Source of the DNA: Candidatus Poribacteria bacterium
Lineage (GTDB): Bacteria; Poribacteria; WGA-4E; UBA9662
Assembly: GCA_036339735.1 (NCBI GenBank)
Contig: JAYZAL010000100.1
Span: forward strand, 1-64,000
Length of the DNA stretch: 64,000 bases
Direction of reading: 5' to 3'
Shown: positions 48,981-56,626 of the stretch, one piece after another
Numbering within the stretch: the stretch's first letter is position 1
Layout: every line of letters starts with the position of its first letter
The notes under the pieces: generated by a model
The model's database searches: none
Seen by the model: only the letters and a program-made list of their open reading frames with translations
Told to the model about the DNA's origin: nothing
Program-made: the position numbers and the translations under genes

Positions 48981-50735
48981 TCAATCTGCTAATACATTAT
49001 TGCGAATACCAAATACGTTATTAGGGTCGTGGGAAACTTTCAATTGTCTTATTAGTTCAATACTTGCAGGAGACATAGTGTCAGGTAAAAAATCTTTTCT
49101 GAGTTTACCAACACCGTGGTGATGAGAAATTGAGCCACCGTTCTTCATGATTTCTTCGCGCATAGCATGCTCTATAGAACCAAAAACTACTTCCGGGTCC
49201 TTGATTCCTTTCATATACATCCCAAACATGAAGTAAATACAAACACCAGTATGATAGATCTGCGGAATCCGATATGAGAGATACGGTTGTCCAGGAATAT
49301 TGTGTTCTTCGTGTAGCTCGAATAATTTATCTTTGGTTTTTTGGCAGACTTGGCGAATTTTACTCCAAGGCACTGATGTCTCCATAGTTTCCCCAATGAT
49401 ATGGTAGTTGGAGAGAAAGTCTCTAATATAAGCAATCGCGAAAGTGAGCATATACCCTCTTTTACCATTTTCTGGCCCAGCTGGTAATCCCTGATGCTGC
49501 TTAGATAATTCGAGAATGTTCTGTTTTTGGTAAGCAACTTCCTTGGATGCACCTTCCATAACAAAAGTAACTGCACACATCTGGTAAGGATCAAATCCTT
49601 TTACCTGAGTGACAAAAAGCTTTTGCAGGCGTAACATCAATTTTTTAAATCCTTCTGGATGTGGTTTCAGGGCTTGGCCGAAACGGAACTGGATATTATC
49701 CACCAATCGAACACTGGCCGGAATGTAGTTGGTACGAGAAAGTGCCTGAAGGAAATCGACTCCTTTCTGCCAACTAGGAAAGACTGCAGAGGCGTACTCT
49801 TGTACTTCAGGTAGTTTGTGTATCTTGATTACAGCTCTAGTGATAAGTCCTAAATTGCCTTCACTTCCAAATAATAAGTTTTGTGGACGCATCCCCATCG
49901 AAACACGCGTGGTCGCTTGGTTTTGTTCCAATATACCTCTGGGCGTAATTACGGTAATATTTTCAACAATATCTTCAATGTTACCGTATCGGTTTTTTTT
50001 CATCCCACTAGCTTGAGTGGCAATCCAACCACCCAGGGTGGAAAATTCTATGCTATCTGGTTCATGTCCAACCATGTATCCTTGATTACGTAGTTCTTCC
50101 TCTAGCTTGGATCCAGTTATGCCAGCTTGTACGCACGCACGACCATCTTCGGTATTCACCCACTCAATTTTGTCCATACGACGTGTGTCAATAGCTACGA
50201 TCATCCTATTTTCAGATTTTGGTAGTTTGAGGGCACTACTGACACTAGTTCCGCCTCCAAAAGGAACTAGACAAATATCGTGATCTTCAGCAAGCCGAAT
50301 GAGTTCTACTACTTCTTCGTCTGACTCGGCATAAAAGACCATGTCGATTGCTTTATCGATCTGACCATATAGGATTTTATAAACTTCTTCTGAAGTAGTT
50401 TGTCCATGACTATGGAGCAAACGATCGACAGAATCCACTGAATAACGATCAGGAGGGAACGTTGATTCTACGGCGGACAAGAAATCTGGATTAATTTGAG
50501 GCAGCGGGACGGGCTTATGCTCAACTTCAGGTAAAACATCGTCAGGATCGACCTTGATTTGCAGAGATTCCTCGACATAAGGAATAAAGTCAGGCATTAC
50601 CATCCCACACAGATCATATCGGTCTCCTGACAATGTAATAGTTCTATCCTTATGCAAAATAAATTCGGAATCACGAAAGCCCCACTTGTGTCCCCAAGTT
50701 TCACCATTAGTGGCGACAAATTTTTGATCGGCCAT
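48981..50735 (-). CDS. Alkyl-dihydroxyacetone-phosphate synthase (FAD-linked, AGPS family)
   Basis: RLLHSHGQT, VPFGGGTSVS, GHEPDSIEFSTLGGW, ASGMKKNRYGNIEDIV, GSEGNLG, GYMLTFAIAYIRD, ETSVPW, GGSISHHHGVGKLRK: the motif set of AGPS. Confidence 0.9.
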   Translation of the reverse strand: MADQKFVATNGETWGHKWGFRDSEFILHKDRTITLSGDRYDLCGMVMPDFIPYVEESLQIKVDPDDVLPEVEHKPVPLPQINPDFLSAVESTFPPDRYSVDSVDRLLHSHGQTTSEEVYKILYGQIDKAIDMVFYAESDEEVVELIRLAEDHDICLVPFGGGTSVSSALKLPKSENRMIVAIDTRRMDKIEWVNTEDGRACVQAGITGSKLEEELRNQGYMVGHEPDSIEFSTLGGWIATQASGMKKNRYGNIEDIVENITVITPRGILEQNQATTRVSMGMRPQNLLFGSEGNLGLITRAVIKIHKLPEVQEYASAVFPSWQKGVDFLQALSRTNYIPASVRLVDNIQFRFGQALKPHPEGFKKLMLRLQKLFVTQVKGFDPYQMCAVTFVMEGASKEVAYQKQNILELSKQHQGLPAGPENGKRGYMLTFAIAYIRDFLSNYHIIGETMETSVPWSKIRQVCQKTKDKLFELHEEHNIPGQPYLSYRIPQIYHTGVCIYFMFGMYMKGIKDPEVVFGSIEHAMREEIMKNGGSISHHHGVGKLRKDFLPDTMSPASIELIRQLKVSHDPNNVFGIRNNVLAD

Positions 50736-50751
50736 AATAATACTTTACCTC

Positions 50752-53700
50752 TTATTGGTTATTACTTAAGTCCATTTTGGCTTGGGACTGCAAGTTTATA
50801 ATTGCATCTCTAACATGGTTCGCAATTTGCCTGTATTTTTGGTGAGTATTGCCCGCTTTTAAAATATAGTCTGCTGTTGGTCTGATTGGTGAGCCAAAAC
50901 TAACACTGATATTATTAGGCTGCGGGAAATTTTGCCCCTTTGGTAAGGCTTGATAACTGCCCTTAATGTAGGCTGGAATAATCGGTACTTTTGCTTCATA
51001 AGATAAGAGACCCAAACCTGACCGGAACTCTTGCACTTCACCTGTGATGGATCGTGTGCCTTCTGGATAAATTAGCAATGCGTAACCATTACTTAACGCT
51101 TCTTGAGCAATTCGTACGCCTTGCAGAAAATTGTCTGTTCGATCCAAAGGTAACACGTTCATTAGTTGACCAAAGAACCATGATTTGAATGAGGTGTTAA
51201 AAAAGTAGTCTCGGGCACCAAGAACCTTCAGACGTTCAGACTCATTGCCCAAAGCTGTTATAATAGCGCCTGTATCCAAGTGGCTAGAGTGATTAGGTGC
51301 GATTATGTATGGCTCATTTTGAGGGATATAATTGAGACCTTCTGCCCGGAAGGAAAAGACTTGCTTATAGATAATACCCATCCCCAAACGAAAAATTTTG
51401 GCCTGAGTGTTATTCTGGAGATCGGCTTGATGAGAATTCACCTTAGTTAGTGATGGTAAAGGCTCTTTTGAAGATTGTAATGTATTTATAACAGCAACAA
51501 CATCACCTACAGTTTTTATATTTGTGACCAGATTATCAGGTAATATTCGACCCAGTTCGCCTTCTAGTATCAGCAAAAGTTCTACTTGCATTAAAGAATC
51601 TAGGCCAAGATCTCCTTCTAAGTCGGTGCCTTCATTAATCTGATGGCTTGGGACACGGGCAATTCGGGATAACTCGGCAACAATTCGACTGAGTGGTGTA
51701 TCGGTGGGTTTTATCCCCGTTTGATTGTCCTTTGTTTTCTGGCTATAATAATCCTCTATTAATTCTTTTATAATTTGGCGATCGACTTGACCTGATTGGT
51801 TTTTTGGCAAATTCCGTGCACGGTCAGTTACCCCGGTCCCTACAGGATTAATCGGCCAGAAGTGAGTTTTATGCACACGTTGATAGCTTGGTAATTCGCT
51901 CGCACAAGACCGCACATGTTCAAGAATTGTAGGTTCATCAGCGTCTTCGGAAGGAACTATAACAGCATAAACCTCCTCCCCAATTTCATCATTGGCTAAA
52001 CGGCCAACAATGCAAATCTCTTTTATGTAGTCATGCTTTCCGTAAAGTATTTCTAGTTCGCTGGGATAAATGTTTTTACCCGCTCCTGACACAATGACAT
52101 CTTTTGTTCGACCTGTTAGAAATAAATAACCGTCATCATTAAGATAGCCTAGATCTCCGCTGTAGAGTTTGCTAGATTTTAGTACCTTTTCGGTCGCGGT
52201 TGGATTATTGAAATAACCTAACATTAAGCTTGGAGATTCGATGATGATTTCTCCGATACCATTTGAATCAGGCTGATCGATTTTAAGTTGCACACCATCT
52301 AGCAAAACTCCAACGGAAGAACGTAAGCTTTTTTGGTAAGGATTTACGCTAACAACAGGTGCAGTTTCTGTCAAACCATAACCTTGATATAGAACAACAC
52401 CTAGCTCTAGATAGTTGTCGTAGACACTGTCTGGGAGTGTCGACCCTCCACTAACCAAGACTCTGAGGCTCTGTCCTACAGATAGGTGAATTTGTTTAAT
52501 TTGTTCTTGTGTTAACCGTGGATTCCCTTCATCTGCACGAATTTTTAAGACATATCTTTGTAAACTATCATAAATCATCTTAAATAAACGCGGAACACCA
52601 ATCATAACTGTTGTCTTGGTCTCTTTCATCGTTTCTAAAATGATATTGGGGCGTAAAGAATTTAGATATGTTATTGTTGAACCGCTATAAATTGACATTA
52701 AAAAGCCACAGGTAAACTCCAAGGCATGATAAAGTGGCAAAACTGACAGAAAACGATCTTCGGATTGAGGAGGCAACTGTTGTGCTACCGCTAAAACATT
52801 GGTAATAAAGCTCCGATGTGATAGTATCACGCCTTTCGGATCATAGGCAGTACCAGAAGTGAATATGATCGAAGTAATGTCATCAGGTTTAATTTCAACC
52901 ACTGGCAACTCAATAGAGGACCCTATCACATCTTCCATTCTTTCACATTCAGCTTGGATATCGCGAATCTCAATTATCTGATTGATCCCACTAGTTAACT
53001 CATCTTTGGCCTGTTCAAGTCGTTCGATCAAATCTGAAGTTGTGAAGATAGCTCTTGCTGAAGTGAAACGCAATAGTGCGTAAACTTCATTGACCGGCGT
53101 TTGGCGATCAATGGGTACAATTACCATCCCTAATTTAGCGCAAGCTAAATATATAATCCCCCATTCAGGCTGATTATCAGCGAATAGTAAAATTCGATCG
53201 GATGGGCGGTATCCATTTTGCCATAGGCTCCCTGTGATTCTATTCGATAACTCCTCGAATTGACGATAAGTGTAGGTGACCCATTGTTCATTGCGCTTGA
53301 TTTGTAGCGCGACTTTATCAGGTACTTTTTCAGCTTGATAACTGAGCAGTTCCGGAATGGTTTCGAATTGTTGATGTTCACTTACTCTGTTTTTGATTTT
53401 TGATTTTTCACTGACACTATCTTTATCTTGGATATCTTTCGATTCGGAATCATTGTCATTTGCTCCAGTTGATTCCATATTCAATACGAAACGTTTAATT
53501 CCTGGAATATGGACTCGCTGTAGGTAATCATCCCAATTGAAACTAGAAGCATCAAAGTTGAAGAGGCCTTGTTCTTCAACGGATAATGATCGATGCAAAG
53601 CTAATGTCCTGCTAGCTTCGAATTGATAGTCAAGCCGTACATATGCCCCGTAGATTTTGACGTAATAGAGTAAGCGTTCCAGAGATTTTTGGATTATTGA

Positions 53701-54975
53701 AAGCTGTCTGCTTTTGCGCTTTGACCAGCTAAAAGGTAATTTCTGCAACCACTTTTTGCTATTATCAATTTGTGTATACTTGCCCTCAAAATATCGATTA
53801 AAAGAAGTTAAGTCCCTAAATTTCCATTCTTTTGGTACAATGGATTTGCCATTTCGATCTACCATTGGGTTATTATGAAAATAGGTTTTAGTAGCTCTGT
53901 AGAAGGATTGAAACTGGATAGGATTAATCGTTCCACTTGCAACTTGGTACACAGCTATCTCTGATACATCGAAAGCTTTTGCCGAGGCCGCTAAGATTGC
54001 GTTTACGACTAGGTCGACCGGAATCACATCTATCACAATGTCTGGCTTCGCTGGAAAATCAGGCAATCTGCCCTTACCAAAACCTATGATAAGTGGGTCA
54101 GCCATTCGTAAGCCATCGAGCCAGCCAGGAACAGGCTCTTGCCAACTACTTTCAATTATGGAGGGACGCACAATTGCGACGGAGAGATTTTCACATGTTT
54201 TCGCAACTATTTGTTCACCTAAGTATTTAGTGTAGGTATAAATATCGTTCCACCCGCGAGCCTTGGCATGTTCCAGCCCCGCTTCAATTAGTTCATTCTT
54301 CAAATCATTAGCAGGCAATTTCGAATCACGGCGAATGTTGGCTCCAATAGCCAACATGTGTTCAAGTTCTTCTTGAATGGTTAGTGGAATATCAACCCCG
54401 TTTGACTGTAGTCGGTTGGCAATTTCTTCGTAGGTTGGATGAAGTTCTTCTGCTACTTCGCCAGGCTTGCTACCACAAGAGTAGGCTGTCGAAATATGGA
54501 CAAACACGGCGTTGGGGCAGACACTTGCCAACTCAACCGATCGTTGAGCAGAAATGACGTTCATTAGGACAGCGTCATCAATTGGTGAGTCGAACTCAAC
54601 AATCGCAGCACTATTAATGAAAATTTGCACTTCAGCTGCGAGCTGCTGATAGTCAGAATCAGACAAACCTAGTTTTTCTCTGCTTAGATCCCCCTCGACA
54701 GCAAAGACTTTTTCTCGTATCCATGCATGAAAATTAGATCCATGAATACTTTTCAGTTGATCAAATACGTGTGACTCGAAGAACTTTGAGAGCCTTTCTT
54801 CGGCCGAGACCGTCACACCATTTACATTAGTTCGACTACGAATTAATAAGTAGACTTTTTTAACTTGGGGTATGGTCGTTAAAATTTTCGCGACTAGTGG
54901 TTGACCGACAAATCCGGTTGCTCCTGTGATTAGAACGATTTTATCCTGAAATGTCTGACTGATGCTCGTTTTCAT
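50752..54975 (-). CDS. ElbD-like multidomain lipid enzyme: fatty acyl-CoA reductase + AMP-binding domain + ACP + PlsC-type acyltransferase
   Basis: FAR: LITGATGFVG, HISTAY, YTYTK, IVRPSII, PGW, DVIPVD plus C-terminal Sterile region. AMP-binding: IIFTSGT..DPKGV, YGLTE, SGDLG, GKNIYP. ACP: DLGLDSL (Ser codon 51595-51597). Acyltransferase: APNHSSHLD, IYPEGTRS. Confidence 0.9.
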   Translation of the reverse strand: MKTSISQTFQDKIVLITGATGFVGQPLVAKILTTIPQVKKVYLLIRSRTNVNGVTVSAEERLSKFFESHVFDQLKSIHGSNFHAWIREKVFAVEGDLSREKLGLSDSDYQQLAAEVQIFINSAAIVEFDSPIDDAVLMNVISAQRSVELASVCPNAVFVHISTAYSCGSKPGEVAEELHPTYEEIANRLQSNGVDIPLTIQEELEHMLAIGANIRRDSKLPANDLKNELIEAGLEHAKARGWNDIYTYTKYLGEQIVAKTCENLSVAIVRPSIIESSWQEPVPGWLDGLRMADPLIIGFGKGRLPDFPAKPDIVIDVIPVDLVVNAILAASAKAFDVSEIAVYQVASGTINPIQFQSFYRATKTYFHNNPMVDRNGKSIVPKEWKFRDLTSFNRYFEGKYTQIDNSKKWLQKLPFSWSKRKSRQLSIIQKSLERLLYYVKIYGAYVRLDYQFEASRTLALHRSLSVEEQGLFNFDASSFNWDDYLQRVHIPGIKRFVLNMESTGANDNDSESKDIQDKDSVSEKSKIKNRVSEHQQFETIPELLSYQAEKVPDKVALQIKRNEQWVTYTYRQFEELSNRITGSLWQNGYRPSDRILLFADNQPEWGIIYLACAKLGMVIVPIDRQTPVNEVYALLRFTSARAIFTTSDLIERLEQAKDELTSGINQIIEIRDIQAECERMEDVIGSSIELPVVEIKPDDITSIIFTSGTAYDPKGVILSHRSFITNVLAVAQQLPPQSEDRFLSVLPLYHALEFTCGFLMSIYSGSTITYLNSLRPNIILETMKETKTTVMIGVPRLFKMIYDSLQRYVLKIRADEGNPRLTQEQIKQIHLSVGQSLRVLVSGGSTLPDSVYDNYLELGVVLYQGYGLTETAPVVSVNPYQKSLRSSVGVLLDGVQLKIDQPDSNGIGEIIIESPSLMLGYFNNPTATEKVLKSSKLYSGDLGYLNDDGYLFLTGRTKDVIVSGAGKNIYPSELEILYGKHDYIKEICIVGRLANDEIGEEVYAVIVPSEDADEPTILEHVRSCASELPSYQRVHKTHFWPINPVGTGVTDRARNLPKNQSGQVDRQIIKELIEDYYSQKTKDNQTGIKPTDTPLSRIVAELSRIARVPSHQINEGTDLEGDLGLDSLMQVELLLILEGELGRILPDNLVTNIKTVGDVVAVINTLQSSKEPLPSLTKVNSHQADLQNNTQAKIFRLGMGIIYKQVFSFRAEGLNYIPQNEPYIIAPNHSSHLDTGAIITALGNESERLKVLGARDYFFNTSFKSWFFGQLMNVLPLDRTDNFLQGVRIAQEALSNGYALLIYPEGTRSITGEVQEFRSGLGLLSYEAKVPIIPAYIKGSYQALPKGQNFPQPNNISVSFGSPIRPTADYILKAGNTHQKYRQIANHVRDAIINLQSQAKMDLSNNQ

Positions 54976-55090
54976 GAGAGAAGAAAATCACCTTCTGCTT
55001 TTTGTGTCGTATCAAGTCGACTTAAACTAATACTAAAATGGGCTATGGTATTCTTTGAATGGGCTTGCGCTTGCGGATACGTCCGAAGGG

Positions 55091-55132
55091 TTGCAGACTG
55101 CAAGTATAAGAAAATACTGATCGAGATGTCAA
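55091..55132 (-). promoter_or_regulatory. Putative sigma70 promoter of the lipid operon with an adjacent dyad
   Basis: On the minus strand: TTGACA (55132-55127), 18 nt, TATACT (55108-55103), followed immediately by the palindrome TTGCAG-n-CTGCAA (55091-55103). Confidence 0.6.
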
Positions 55133-55191
55133 TGACAAAACATTTTATCATATTTTATCTAGTTTCATGCGAAAAGAATAAACACTAAGAC

Positions 55192-56508
55192 TTATGGAAA
55201 AATATCTGTTAAAGCTAAAAAAAGCGAATTTATCAATTGATCTATCTCGTCAGTTGTTATAGATAGAGGAGGCATCAGTACAATAGTATTAACCAATGGT
55301 CGTAAAATCAGTCCATGTTTTAAGGCTGCTTGGCATACCCTTATACCTGCCTTTTCTTCAAATTCGAACTCTATCTTGTTTTTTTTGTCTTTTAGAAGTT
55401 CAAAAGCGCCAATTAGCCCAATCGAACGGAGATTACCTACATTTTTATGAGCTGCAAAAATGTTAAGGCGCTCTTTAAAATAGGTAATTTTTTCATCTAA
55501 TATCAGAAAGAAATTTGGATCTTTAAGTAGTCTCAAATTTGCTAATGCAACAGATGCTCCTAGCTGGTTGCCGGTGTAAGTATGACCATGGAAAAAAGTT
55601 TTGAGTTGCGTATAATCCCCCAAAAAAGCCTCGTAAATTCTTTCTGTTGTTAGGGTTGCAGCTAAAGGCAGATAACCACCTGTCAAACCTTTTGCAGTAC
55701 ACAAGATGTCAGGAGATACCTCCTCATGCTGACAGGCCCACATACGGCCGGTTCGTCCTAATCCCGTCATCACCTCGTCAACAATAAACAGGATGTCATA
55801 CTTTAATGCTAACTGCTCTATCCCTTTTAAAAAACCTCTAGGATGCATAATCATGCCACCTGCACCTTGGACCAAAGGCTCAACAATGATACCTGCTAAC
55901 AACCCTCGATGTTCATCGAATATTTGCTCCATTGAATCTAAGCAGACCTCAAGATTACCTTCTTGGCTATGATAGGGAACGGGCGCAGAAATCGAAGGAA
56001 AAGTCAAAGGCAAAAAAGTTTGGTGAAAGAGTGAAATCCCCCCGACACTTACGGCACCTAGTGTGTCTCCATGATAAGCTTGATCTAAGTGTACAAATTG
56101 AGTACGTTTTGGTTGACCCACATGTTGCCAATACTGACAGGCGATTTTCAATGCAACTTCTACAGAAGTAGAGCCATTATCTGAAAAAAAAGTGCGGGTT
56201 AAGTTTGGTGGAGCTAACGCAACTAACTCCTTAGCTAACTTAATCGCTGGTACATTAGAAAATCCTAGGAGCGTCGAGTGGGCTATTTTTTCAATTTGTT
56301 CTATTAGAACCTGATTCAATTTTGGGTGATTATGTCCGTGGATATTCGTCCACATAGACGAAATCCCATCAATATAACGATTACCCTCGACGTCAAATAA
56401 AAATATTCCTTCTCCTCTTTCGATTATGCAAACTGACTCTTTTTCCAAGTCAGCCATCTGGGTGAAAGGGTGCCATAAAAATAACTTGTCCCACTGTTCG
56501 AGTGTCAT
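55192..56508 (-). CDS. bioA: Adenosylmethionine-8-amino-7-oxononanoate aminotransferase
   Basis: LWHPFTQM, SSMWTNIHGH, DNGSTSVEVALK, AYHGDT, DEVMTGLGRTG, AKGLTGGYLPL, FFHGHTYTGN. Confidence 0.95.
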   Translation of the reverse strand: MTLEQWDKLFLWHPFTQMADLEKESVCIIERGEGIFLFDVEGNRYIDGISSMWTNIHGHNHPKLNQVLIEQIEKIAHSTLLGFSNVPAIKLAKELVALAPPNLTRTFFSDNGSTSVEVALKIACQYWQHVGQPKRTQFVHLDQAYHGDTLGAVSVGGISLFHQTFLPLTFPSISAPVPYHSQEGNLEVCLDSMEQIFDEHRGLLAGIIVEPLVQGAGGMIMHPRGFLKGIEQLALKYDILFIVDEVMTGLGRTGRMWACQHEEVSPDILCTAKGLTGGYLPLAATLTTERIYEAFLGDYTQLKTFFHGHTYTGNQLGASVALANLRLLKDPNFFLILDEKITYFKERLNIFAAHKNVGNLRSIGLIGAFELLKDKKNKIEFEFEEKAGIRVCQAALKHGLILRPLVNTIVLMPPLSITTDEIDQLINSLFLALTDIFP

Positions 56509-56626
56509 TGGTTCCTTATCCTTAAATTGACTGGTAAACTTTCGCTGTGTTTTTCATGTTTACAGTAGGTAGAATATAATCTATCTAAACACGTAATTAT
56601 ATCATTTCTATGTGGACTCAAGGTAC

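Noticed and set aside
50752-54975. NRPS or secondary-metabolite cluster
   Set aside because: No condensation, ketosynthase or thioesterase domain; the FAR and PlsC-type domains and the adjacent AGPS point to lipid synthesis.
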